A DNA stretch of 64,000 nucleotides from positions 32,001 through 96,000 of the forward strand of contig CAWJSR010000026.1 of the NCBI GenBank assembly GCA_963845515.1, in the 5' to 3' direction. The stretch comes from an uncultured delta proteobacterium (GTDB lineage Bacteria; Myxococcota; Myxococcia; Myxococcales; Anaeromyxobacteraceae). The notes under the pieces are model-generated. The model was not told the origin of the DNA and ran no database searches. It saw only the letters and a list, made by a program, of their open reading frames with translations. The first letter of the stretch is position 1. The number at the start of each line of letters is the position of its first letter. Of the stretch, positions 1 through 8,351 are shown piece after piece. A program made the translations under genes and the position numbers.

Positions 1-1689
1 CGCCTCGGCGTCCCCGCCCAGCTGAGCGCGGTAGCGCTCGACCCAGAGCTCCGTCGCGTCGATCGCGGCCGTGCACCCGGCGACCATGTAGTCGAAGCGG
101 GAGGCCTCCCGCTCGACGCCAGCCATCCGCGCGCGAAGCCGGGCCTGACGGGCGTCGGCTTCCTCGAGCGTCCTCGGCAGCGAGGCCATGGGCTTCTCGA
201 GGCTCCGCCTGCTCTCGCGCGCGGCGGCCATCTGCGCCCGCCTGCCCTCCGGCAGCGTCTGGCCGAAGAGGTCGAGCAGCTGATCGGTGATGCTCGCCTC
301 GAGCCAGACCGAGGCGGTCTCGACGGAGTCGCTCGCGGTCCAGGCGCTTCGCAGCGCGGGGAACGCGTCGACCGCCCCGCCGCGCGACAGGGCCGCCTCG
401 ATCCTGTCGGCGATCCCCTCCGCCTCCTGGATCGCGTCGCGGCCGTCGTGGATGCCGGCGGCGAGGCCTATGGCCCCGGCGACGCCGCCCGAGCGCGACG
501 CCCAGCGGAGCGCGAGGGGCGGGAGGAGGGAGGACACGTCGAACGCCTTCCCGCGGCGGGCGACCAGCTCCTCGAAGTACCTGGCCGGGTCCTCGTGCAT
601 CGTGAGGATGGCGTCGATCTCGTCGCGGACCGGGGCGTAGGTGTTGATGACCCGGTTGTAGGCCTCCAGCGCCTTGGAGTACCGGCCGAGCCTGAGCTGG
701 AGGTGGCCCTGGAGGATGGTCGCCTGCGGCGCGGTCATCGAGTCCGGCGCGAGGTCGGCGATGACCTCGGCGACCCGCAGCGCCTGGTCGAGCTTCCCTG
801 CCTTCACGAGCGCCCAGGCGCTCTCGTACTCGGCCTCGTCGAAGTGGATCGAATCGACGGGGAGCTGGCGGAAGCGCTCGAGCGCCTCGGCGTACTGCCC
901 CTGGCTGGCGTGGATGCGCGCCAGCGCCAGCGTGCAGTACTCGCGGATCTCGGTCTGCGCCGGGTTGACCGACGGCAGCCCGGCGCACTCGTGGAAGCGC
1001 TCGAACGCGGAGTCCGTCCGCTTCGCCTGGAGCTCCAGCACGCCCTCGAAGTAGCGGGCCGCCACGTGATACGGCGGCGGGACGCGAGAGAAGGCCTCGA
1101 GGGCGTTGCTGATCCGCTCCTCGTCGTTGATGTCGCGCCGGAAGAAGGCGCCCTTGGCCGCGAGGTAGAGCACCTCCGGCGAGGGGGCGCCCGTGGCGGA
1201 TCGCAGCGCCTCGCGCGCCAGCGAGTCGAACTCCATGTAGCGCCCCAGCTTGAGCGCGCAGTCGAGCGCTCCGGCCGCAACCGCAGCGCGATCCGGCGCC
1301 GAGGGCCTCGCCAGCAGCTCACCGTAGAGCTCCGACGCGGCCCGGCACGAGCCCCTGTTCCGGAGCGAGTCGGCCAGCAGGAAGACGGCGCGCGGGTAGA
1401 AGTCGGCCTGCCGCACGTCCCGCTCGCCGATCACGCCGGCCAGCAGGATGGACGCGTGGAGCCAGTCGCCGAGCGCGTACTGCTCCTCCGCCGCCGCGAG
1501 CCGCTTCGCGGCGATCGTGATCGGCGCCGAATCGGAGGACGCCCCATCCTTCTCCGCCAGCTCGAGCCGCTGCTCCAGCGCGCGGTACTCGCGCTCGCCG
1601 TCGCCCAGCCAGTCGGCCGCAGCGCAGAGCCCGGGGGCTGCGGCCGCGGCCAGCGCGACCAACCCGAGGATGTGACGAAGCGAGCTCAC
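1..1689 (-). CDS. Secreted TPR-repeat protein, 3' end beyond the window; probably a Glt/gliding-cluster-type TPR paralog
   Basis: Missing from the ORF track because it has no stop in the window. Hand translation from GTG at 1689 (overlapping the upstream TGA): MSSLRHILGLVALAAAAAPGLCAAADW (signal peptide), then TPR-like helices (YPRAVFLLADSLR; LALARIHASQGQYAEALERF; AEYESAWALVKAGKLDQAL; ILQGHLQLRLGRYSKALEAYNRVI). Frame stays open to base 1. Confidence 0.8.
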   Translation of the reverse strand, partial: MSSLRHILGLVALAAAAAPGLCAAADWLGDGEREYRALEQRLELAEKDGASSDSAPITIAAKRLAAAEEQYALGDWLHASILLAGVIGERDVRQADFYPRAVFLLADSLRNRGSCRAASELYGELLARPSAPDRAAVAAGALDCALKLGRYMEFDSLAREALRSATGAPSPEVLYLAAKGAFFRRDINDEERISNALEAFSRVPPPYHVAARYFEGVLELQAKRTDSAFERFHECAGLPSVNPAQTEIREYCTLALARIHASQGQYAEALERFRQLPVDSIHFDEAEYESAWALVKAGKLDQALRVAEVIADLAPDSMTAPQATILQGHLQLRLGRYSKALEAYNRVINTYAPVRDEIDAILTMHEDPARYFEELVARRGKAFDVSSLLPPLALRWASRSGGVAGAIGLAAGIHDGRDAIQEAEGIADRIEAALSRGGAVDAFPALRSAWTASDSVETASVWLEASITDQLLDLFGQTLPEGRRAQMAAARESRRSLEKPMASLPRTLEEADARQARLRARMAGVEREASRFDYMVAGCTAAIDATELWVERYRAQLGGDAEA

Positions 1690-2384
1690 TTCGCGTCGCC
1701 CGGCGTGGCGGATGCTCCCCGCCGACCCCCCTCCTCTTCCTTCTTCACGTCGTATCGGACGGCGGGCCTGTCCTTCAGCTCCGCCGTGAGCCCGCCCTTC
1801 TCGAAGCCGACGACCTTGATGACAGCGACCTTGCCGGGCTCGGCGTCGAACGTGTACGAGGACTGGACCTTGAAGCGGTAGCCCTCCAGGTAGCTGAAGA
1901 GCCCGTACCCGTGGCCGCGGTAGACCATCTGCACCGTGACCTGATGGTTGCCCGGGACGACGCGGCCGTTGAAGATCTCGAACTCCTCGCGCTTCTCCAG
2001 GTCCCCGTCGACGTCGACCTTCGTGTAGATGGGCGCGCCGTCGAGCGCGTAGGTCACGGACTCCAGGTAGAAGGAGGAGCCCATCTCGTTCCGGTGGACC
2101 AGGACCGCCTTCGCGCCGGTCGTGATGTCGCCGCCGATGACCATCTCCTGCAGGTTCATCAGGCGGTTCTTGGTGCGGAAGATCTTCTCCTTGAGGTCGG
2201 TGACGCGCTCCTCGAGGCTCCGGACCTTCAGCTCGCTCTGCTCCTCGGCGGTCTGCGTCGGCGCGACCGGGGACGCGGATGGATCGGCGGAGGAGCCGGC
2301 GGGCGCCTGCGCGGCGACGAGACACGGCAGGGCCGCGAGAAGCAGTGCGGCGAGGCGGGGAAGTCGCATCACGTTCACCCTCAC
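1686..2384 (-). CDS. Conserved myxobacterial secreted protein (signal peptide, coiled coil, beta-sandwich) directly downstream of mglA; possibly AgmC-like
   Basis: Signal peptide LAALLLAALPCLVAAQA; coiled coil LKVRSLEERVTDLKEKIFRTKNRLMNLQE; strongly biased codon usage. The AgmC link is recalled synteny only. Confidence 0.7.
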   Translation of the reverse strand: MRVNVMRLPRLAALLLAALPCLVAAQAPAGSSADPSASPVAPTQTAEEQSELKVRSLEERVTDLKEKIFRTKNRLMNLQEMVIGGDITTGAKAVLVHRNEMGSSFYLESVTYALDGAPIYTKVDVDGDLEKREEFEIFNGRVVPGNHQVTVQMVYRGHGYGLFSYLEGYRFKVQSSYTFDAEPGKVAVIKVVGFEKGGLTAELKDRPAVRYDVKKEEEGGRRGASATPGDAK

Positions 2385-2491
2385 TCCCCCGGGCGCGCCG
2401 GGGGATCCACTGAACAGGAGACCCTCTATATACCACCCGGGGTGCGGCGCGGGCCTTCGGCCCGTGCCACGGTCTTTCCCCCTCGGGAGCG

Positions 2492-3079
2492 CTACCCGCC
2501 CTTCTTCAGCTCTGTCAGGACCAGCTTGGCCACGGCCTTCAGCGTCTCGAAGACGCCGACCCCGGTCGGAGCGACGGCCTGGTACTCGGGAACGTTCCTG
2601 GCGTTGAGGAAGCGGCGGAGCTCCTCGACGGTCGCGACGTTGGGGAGGTCGCGCTTGTTGTACTGGACGACGTAGGGAATCCTGTCGAGGTCGTACCCCT
2701 GCTCGGAGAGGTTCACCCGCAGGTTCTCGACCGACTCGATGTTGGCCTCCATGCGCTCGATCTGCGAGTCGGCCACGAAGACCACGCCGTCCACGCCCTT
2801 CAGGATCAGCTTCCGGCTGGCGTCGTAGAAGACCTGGCCGGGGACCGTGTAGAGGTGGAAGCGCGTCTTGAAGCCGCGGATCTCGCCGAGCGAGAGCGGG
2901 AGGAAGTCGAAGAAGAGCGTGCGCTCGGTCTCGGTCGCGAGGGAGATCATCTTCCCCTTCGCGTCCGGGTTGGTCTTTGCGTAGACGTACTGAAGGTTCG
3001 TCGTCTTCCCGCAGAGTCCGGGACCGTAATAGACGATCTTGCAGTTGATCTCGCGCGAGCTGTAGTTGATGAAGCTCAT
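2492..3079 (-). CDS. mglA: Small Ras-like GTPase MglA (mutual gliding motility / polarity)
   Basis: [61 protein letters not shown] and NKRD motifs; 195 aa. Confidence 0.98.
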   Translation of the reverse strand: MSFINYSSREINCKIVYYGPGLCGKTTNLQYVYAKTNPDAKGKMISLATETERTLFFDFLPLSLGEIRGFKTRFHLYTVPGQVFYDASRKLILKGVDGVVFVADSQIERMEANIESVENLRVNLSEQGYDLDRIPYVVQYNKRDLPNVATVEELRRFLNARNVPEYQAVAPTGVGVFETLKAVAKLVLTELKKGG

Positions 3080-3081
3080 GT

Positions 3082-3561
3082 CTACTCGCTGAAGAGATTG
3101 TCGATGTCGTCGTCGGTGATCTCGGCGAACGGGCTCTGCGCGCCCGGCGTCGCCTGCTTCTTCGCGAGGACCTCGAATACCCGCGCGAGCTCCTCCCCTG
3201 CCTTCTTCACGCGGAGCCTCACCAGGCCCAGCGAGCTCTTCGCGTCGAAGATCACGACCAGGACCACCCGGCCGGCGACGATGCTCATGTGGAGCGACTC
3301 GCGCTCGCCCTCGTGGAACTGGTTGGGGAACTCCTTCTCCCCGATCAGCTTCGCGAGCCCGCCCATGGCGGCGACGTTGCCCGCCGTCAGCGACGCGAGC
3401 GACGTCGTGTCCATGTTCTGCGCCTGCCCAGCGGACGCGATGAGCTGGCCGTTCTTGTCGACGAGGAAGACGACCTTGGCGTTCGCGTCACGCGTAAGCC
3501 GGTCGCAGATCCCGGCGATCAGCCGGAACTCCTCCTCGTACATCACCAAGCCGGAATTCAT
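3082..3561 (-). CDS. mglB: Roadblock/LC7 protein MglB (GAP of MglA)
   Basis: LVMYEEEF...[16 protein letters not shown]...[24 protein letters not shown]...[13 protein letters not shown]; directly upstream of mglA. Confidence 0.97.
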   Translation of the reverse strand: MNSGLVMYEEEFRLIAGICDRLTRDANAKVVFLVDKNGQLIASAGQAQNMDTTSLASLTAGNVAAMGGLAKLIGEKEFPNQFHEGERESLHMSIVAGRVVLVVIFDAKSSLGLVRLRVKKAGEELARVFEVLAKKQATPGAQSPFAEITDDDIDNLFSE

Positions 3562-3655
3562 GCGTTCTGGCTCTCCGCGAGGATACGAATGAGGGGGCGA
3601 ATATCAGGGAACCGCATGGCTTTCAATCCTTTACGGTGACCCAACGCCGGCTTTG

Positions 3656-4639
3656 CTACTCCTCGGGTGGCGCCTCGCCGCCCGAAGTGACCGGCGGATA
3701 GGACCACGCAGTGTAGACCGATATCACTCCCCGGTGACCTCCGCCGGCGTTCCGATGCGCGCCAACGACGATCACGAGTCGATCCGAGCCCCATGTCGCG
3801 GTGCAGTCGCCCGTGGCGCGCTCCGGGCCGTTCGGCGGGCAGGACGCGGCCGGCTGGCGGCCGATGTCCGAAGCGAGCTGCGCCGAGAGCTCCTTCCACG
3901 CGGCGAGGGCGTCTTCGTCCTCGGCCGGCGTCGGGTGGATCTCCGTGACGGAGACCGCGCGATCCTCGGCGAACGTGATCACGCACGTCAGCGCCGCGCC
4001 GTCCCCCTGCGGGCAGCCAAGGTAGGTCGTCGCCTCGTCGTCGCGCTGGACGAGGACCGCGCCCTGCAGCTCCAGGAGGTGCTCCACTTCGGCGCGGCGC
4101 CTGCCGAGCGGCACGCCGGCGACCACCGGGGGCGCGACGGCGTCGCGCTCCACGCGGAGCACCGCGACCGCGGGGGCGTCCTGCTGCGAGACGGCCACGG
4201 TCCAGCCGTCGCGATCCCACGCGGCGACCAGCGCCGGGGCGCCTCCATCGGGCTTCGCGCCTGGATCGCCGCGGCGCGTCGGCTTGCCGAGCCCCTCCTG
4301 CGCGGCCGAGACGAGCTGGCCGGCGTCGGAGGCAGGCGCCTCGATCTGCGCAGCGTAGAGCCCACGGGCGCCGAAGATCAGGCGGCAGGCGGTCCGGGTG
4401 GGTCCTGCCGGGCAGCGCGGGGCCACGATCGCGTCCGGATCTCCGGGCGCCTCGGCGTAGGAGATCCCGGCGTCGCGCAGCGCGCTCTCGATCGCCGCGC
4501 GCGGCTGGCCGAACCGAAGGCCGAGCGCGCTCCCGCCGGCGGGCTTCTCGAGACGTGAGTAGTGGACGGAGGCGCAGCCTCCGGCCAGGAGGAGCACCGC
4601 AACGAGGCGGCAGGCTCCGGCGTGGATCGATGTCGTCAT
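3656..4639 (-). CDS. Hypothetical lipoprotein with an apparent internal duplication
   Basis: Lipobox LAGGC; start overlaps the recR stop; two similar segments (LGLRFGQPRAAIESAL / AGVPLGRRRAEVEHLL), each followed by a Cys pair. Confidence 0.6.
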   Translation of the reverse strand: MTTSIHAGACRLVAVLLLAGGCASVHYSRLEKPAGGSALGLRFGQPRAAIESALRDAGISYAEAPGDPDAIVAPRCPAGPTRTACRLIFGARGLYAAQIEAPASDAGQLVSAAQEGLGKPTRRGDPGAKPDGGAPALVAAWDRDGWTVAVSQQDAPAVAVLRVERDAVAPPVVAGVPLGRRRAEVEHLLELQGAVLVQRDDEATTYLGCPQGDGAALTCVITFAEDRAVSVTEIHPTPAEDEDALAAWKELSAQLASDIGRQPAASCPPNGPERATGDCTATWGSDRLVIVVGAHRNAGGGHRGVISVYTAWSYPPVTSGGEAPPEE

Positions 4640-5232
4640 ATCTCTCGTCGGCCAGCCAACGCCCGCGCCAGCGTAACCTGGTCAGCGTATTCGAGATCCC
4701 CGCCCATGGGAACTCCTTGCGCGATGCGCGTGACGCGGATCCCGAGCGGCTTCAGGAGCTTCTGCAGGTAGAGCGCGGTCGCCTCTCCCTCGACGTCGGG
4801 GTTCGTGGCGATGACGACCTCGTCCGCAGGCTCGTGCTCGAGCCGGACGAGCAGCTCGCGGATCTTGAGGTCGGCAGGCCCGACCCCCTCCAGCGGCGAC
4901 AGCGCGCCGTGCAGCACGTGGTACCTGCCTCGATACTCGTGCGTCCGCTCGACCGCGAGCAGATCCGGCACCGACTCGACGACGCAGAGCAGCCTCGCGT
5001 CCCGCCGCGAGTCGGTGCAGATGAAGCACGGATCGCGATCCGTGAGCGTCTGGCAGGACGAGCAGAGCCGGACGTCCCGCACCACCCCCACGATCGCCTC
5101 CGCCAGCGCGGAGGCGTATCCAGCGCCCGCCTCCAGCACGTGGAAGGCCAGCCGCTGCGCCGTCTTCTCGCCGATGCCGGGGAGCCGTGCCAGCTCCTTC
5201 ACCAACCGTGCGATGGGATCGGCGACCGTCAT
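4636..5232 (-). CDS. recR: Recombination mediator RecR
   Basis: True start [31 protein letters not shown] (ATG 5232 overlaps the ybaB stop); C4 zinc finger CSSC...CFIC; Toprim motif [12 protein letters not shown]. Confidence 0.97.
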   Translation of the reverse strand: MTVADPIARLVKELARLPGIGEKTAQRLAFHVLEAGAGYASALAEAIVGVVRDVRLCSSCQTLTDRDPCFICTDSRRDARLLCVVESVPDLLAVERTHEYRGRYHVLHGALSPLEGVGPADLKIRELLVRLEHEPADEVVIATNPDVEGEATALYLQKLLKPLGIRVTRIAQGVPMGGDLEYADQVTLARALAGRREI

Positions 5233-5540
5233 CCCCCGATGCCGGGGACCTTGATCCCCCCGGTCGCCTTCTCGAGGTGCGCGTCCGCGGCCGCGCGGGC
5301 CTTCTCGACGGCAGCGTTGACCGCGGCGGTCACCAGGTCCTCGAGCATCGCCCGCTCGGCCGGATCGATGATCTTCGGCTCTATCGAGATGCGGGTGACC
5401 TCGCACTTCCCATTCATCGCGACCTTGACGAGGCCGCCGCCGCTCTCCGCGTCGACGGAGAGCTCGCCGAGCTTCTCCCGCGCGTCGGCCATCGCCTTCT
5501 CTAGCTTGCGCGCCTGGCGCATGAGGTACTGGATGTCCAT
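5229..5540 (-). CDS. ybaB: YbaB/EbfC nucleoid-associated protein
   Basis: [18 protein letters not shown]...[13 protein letters not shown]; sits between dnaX and recR. Confidence 0.95.
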   Translation of the reverse strand: MDIQYLMRQARKLEKAMADAREKLGELSVDAESGGGLVKVAMNGKCEVTRISIEPKIIDPAERAMLEDLVTAAVNAAVEKARAAADAHLEKATGGIKVPGIGG

Positions 5541-5591
5541 GCCATCTCCCGTGGATCAGGTCAGCGCCCGTGAGTGTCTCTTCACCGGCTC

Positions 5592-7301
5592 CTAGAGCTC
5601 TTCAGTCTTGGCCACTTCACCGCCGAGGATGCGCGCGGCATCCCGGATGTTCGGGTGCTCCGCCGCCTCCTCGCGCACGCGCCGTGACCGCTCGCGGCGC
5701 TGGGCGGCGTCGGAGGCAGCGAGCGAGGGGGCCGCGACGGCCTCCGGGGCGGGAGCCTCACCCAGCGTGACGGCGAGCCGCGTCGGGCGGCCGAAGTGGC
5801 GCGCGAGGGCCCCCTCGATCTCGGCGCGGCGCCGCTCCGCGCTCGCCGCGTGCAAGCCGGGCGGGAGCTGCAGCCCCACCTCGCCGTCACGGATCCACAG
5901 GAGCGCGGCCTGCCGAAGCGCCGGCGCGGCGGCGGGGCTCACCTTCTCGACCTCCTCGACGGCGGCGCGCCAGCGGTCGGCGAGCGGCGCGGCGGGGTCG
6001 TCTGCTGCCGCGAGGAGTGCAGGCGTGGCGGGCGCCGGCGCCGCCGGAGCGGGCGCGGTGCGGACCGGAGGCGCAGCCGGAGGAGGCGTCGCCGGCCGGA
6101 CGCCGGGCGCCGCGGCGCGCGGCGCCGGCCCGCGGCCGGGGCCGCCGCCGCCGGGGGCAGCTGGACCGGAGCCGGAGAGCGCCTCGACCCGCGCCAGGAG
6201 GTCGGCGACGTCCGCCCCGGGGGCGAGGAACACCCCCTTCAGCAGCGCGACCTCGAGCGCGAACCGCGGCTGCTCGGCGAACTTCACGTCGTTGACGGCG
6301 CGCTGCGCCAGGTCGAAGAGGCGGGTGAGCTGTGCCGGGTCGGCCGCGGCCGCGAGGGCGCGGACCTCGGCCAGCTCGGCGTCGGGGAGGTCGAGCGGCG
6401 CCTCGGGCACGAGCCTCGCGACGAGCGCGTCGCGGAGGTGGCGGACGAGCTCCTCGGCCACCCGCCGCGTCTCCAGCCCCCTGGCGTCGAGCGCGGCGAT
6501 CTCGGAGAGGACAGCCGCACCGTCGCGCGCCACCAGCGCGGCGGCGAGCCGCGCGATCGCCGCGACGTCCACGGCGCCGAGCGCCTCGGCCACCTCGGCG
6601 TCCGTGGGCCCCTCGCCGCAGGCGGCGCGGACCTGGTCCAGGATCGAGAGCGCGTCGCGCATCCCGCCCTCGGCGGCGCGCGCCACGAGGGCGAGCGCTG
6701 CCGGGGAGAGGCGCATCCCCTCCGACTCCGCCACCTTCGTGAGCTGGTCGGCGATCTGCTGGACGGTGAGCCGCTTGAACTCGAACCGCTGGCAGCGGGA
6801 GACGATCGTCTCGGGGACGCGATGGACGTCGGTCGTCGCCAGCACGAACTTCACGTGCGGCGGCGGCTCCTCGAGCGTCTTGAGCAGGGCGTTGAACGCG
6901 CCCTGCGAGAGCATGTGGACCTCGTCGATGACGAAGATCTTGAAGCGGTCGCGGGCGGGCCGGTACTTCACCGCGTCGACGATGTCGCGGACGTTGTCGA
7001 CGCCGTTGTTCGACGCCGCGTCGATCTCGACGACGTCGACTGCGCGCCCCTCGGCGATCTCGACGCAGGGGGTGCAGGTGCCGCAGGGCTCGGCGGTCGG
7101 GCCCTGCTCGCAGTTGAGCGCCTTCGCAACGAGCCGGGCGGTGGTGGTCTTCCCGACGCCGCGCGGACCGGTGAAGAGGAACGCGTGGGCGAGCTGTCCC
7201 GTCTTGAGCGCGTTGCTGAGGGTCCGGACGACGTGATCCTGCCCCGACATCTCGCCGAAGCGCTGGGGGCGGTACTTCCGAGCGAGGACCAGGTAAGCCA
7301 T
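5592..7301 (-). CDS. dnaX: DNA polymerase III subunit gamma/tau
   Basis: MAYLVLARKYRPQRF; Walker A GPRGVGKTT; zinc-binding Cys; EIDAASNNGVD; IDEVHMLS; SRC motif; Pro/Ala linker before the C-terminal domain. Confidence 0.98.
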   Translation of the reverse strand: MAYLVLARKYRPQRFGEMSGQDHVVRTLSNALKTGQLAHAFLFTGPRGVGKTTTARLVAKALNCEQGPTAEPCGTCTPCVEIAEGRAVDVVEIDAASNNGVDNVRDIVDAVKYRPARDRFKIFVIDEVHMLSQGAFNALLKTLEEPPPHVKFVLATTDVHRVPETIVSRCQRFEFKRLTVQQIADQLTKVAESEGMRLSPAALALVARAAEGGMRDALSILDQVRAACGEGPTDAEVAEALGAVDVAAIARLAAALVARDGAAVLSEIAALDARGLETRRVAEELVRHLRDALVARLVPEAPLDLPDAELAEVRALAAAADPAQLTRLFDLAQRAVNDVKFAEQPRFALEVALLKGVFLAPGADVADLLARVEALSGSGPAAPGGGGPGRGPAPRAAAPGVRPATPPPAAPPVRTAPAPAAPAPATPALLAAADDPAAPLADRWRAAVEEVEKVSPAAAPALRQAALLWIRDGEVGLQLPPGLHAASAERRRAEIEGALARHFGRPTRLAVTLGEAPAPEAVAAPSLAASDAAQRRERSRRVREEAAEHPNIRDAARILGGEVAKTEEL

Positions 7302-7324
7302 CTGAAGTGGGGGTACCAACAAAG

Positions 7325-7433
7325 AAGCCGGCCCACAATCCCCGGGCGCACGGAGGACGACCTACCGTTGCTCCCTTCCGGGCCTGGCGGGGTTCGGCTT
7401 TCCCCACGTCGCCCGAGGATTCTGGGCCGGCTC
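7325..7433 (-). ncRNA. ffs: Signal recognition particle RNA (4.5S, small bacterial type)
   Basis: Minus strand GAGCCGGCCCAGAATCCTCGGGCG...CCCCGCCAGGCCCGGAAGGGAGCAACGGT...CGCCCGGGGATTGTGGGCCGGCTT forms a long hairpin with the helix-8 CAGG-CC-GGAA-GG-AGCA motif; canonical position upstream of dnaX. Confidence 0.93.
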
Positions 7434-7482
7434 ACCGGCCTGCTGCACTCCCCTCCATATATACGGGCCGGGGAGATGATGC

Positions 7483-7572
7483 TGGCGGAGAGGGTGGGAT
7501 TTGAACCCACGGTACCGTTCCCGGTACACACGATTTCCAGTCGTGCTTCTTAAACCGCTCGAACACCTCTCC
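7483..7572 (-). tRNA. tRNA-Ser (anticodon GGA)
   Basis: GGAGAGG...CACGA-CT-GGA-AA-TCGTG; long variable arm; GGTTCAAATCC T-arm; ends CCTCTCCGCCA. Confidence 0.97.
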
Positions 7573-7580
7573 AATAGATG

Positions 7581-7672
7581 TGGCGGAGAGCGAGGGATTC
7601 GAACCCCCGGTACCGTTGCCGGTACACCTGATTTCGAGTCAGGCGCCTTCGACCGAACTCGGCCAGCTCTCC
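7581..7672 (-). tRNA. tRNA-Ser (anticodon CGA)
   Basis: GGAGAGC...CCTGA-CT-CGA-AA-TCAGG; long variable arm; GGTTCGAATCC T-arm; ends GCTCTCCGCCA. Confidence 0.97.
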
Positions 7673-7682
7673 GCGGGCGGGT

Positions 7683-8201
7683 TTAGCCGATCTCCGAACC
7701 GTTGCCAAGCCCGCCGGGGTCACCCTCGCCGCGGTCGCCGCTGCGGCGAGCGCGGAAGAATGCCTTGAGGATGGCGGCGCACTCCTCCGCCCGGACGCCC
7801 CTCTCGACGGGGAACCTGTGGTTCAGCCGCACGTCGGCCGAGAGGTCCATGAGCGACCCGACCGCCCCCGCCTTCGGGTCGCTCGCGCCGAAGACCAGCC
7901 GATCGATCCTGGCGAGCACCATCGCCCCGGCGCACATGGCGCAGGGCTCGAGCGTCACGACCAGCGTCACGCCGGTGAGCCTCCAGCGCCCCAGCGCACG
8001 GGCCGCCTCCTGGATCGCCAGCAGCTCGGCATGCGCCGTCGGGTCGCGGTCGCCCTCCCGCGAGTTGCCGCCGCGCCCGACGATCCGCCCTTCGCAGATC
8101 GCCACGGCGCCGACCGGCACCTCGCCGCGGGCCCCCGCCTCGCGAGCGATCCGCAGCGCCTCCTGCATCGCGTCATCGACACCGATGGCTGCTGGTTCCA
8201 T
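7683..8201 (-). CDS. tadA: tRNA adenosine(34) deaminase TadA
   Basis: GEVPVGAV, DPTAHAE, TLEPCAMC and NHR motifs; start could be 8201 or 8213. Confidence 0.95.
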   Translation of the reverse strand: MEPAAIGVDDAMQEALRIAREAGARGEVPVGAVAICEGRIVGRGGNSREGDRDPTAHAELLAIQEAARALGRWRLTGVTLVVTLEPCAMCAGAMVLARIDRLVFGASDPKAGAVGSLMDLSADVRLNHRFPVERGVRAEECAAILKAFFRARRSGDRGEGDPGGLGNGSEIG

Positions 8202-8303
8202 GAGCGCGCGCATCCTAGCAGGGGAGCCGATCCGGCCGCCTGGCCCACATCTGCCGACACCGAAAACCCCTGTCCCGCGCCCGCGGTACGCGGGTGCGGC
8301 TTG

Positions 8304-8333
8304 TTGACACAGTCATGGGGCGATCTCTACGAT
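8304..8333 (+). promoter_or_regulatory. Putative sigma70-type promoter of the roadblock/kinase operon
   Basis: TTGACA (8304-8309), 18-nt spacer, TACGAT (8328-8333); 18 nt upstream of ATG 8352. Confidence 0.6.
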
Positions 8334-8351
8334 TGGACCTTCGCGACCATC

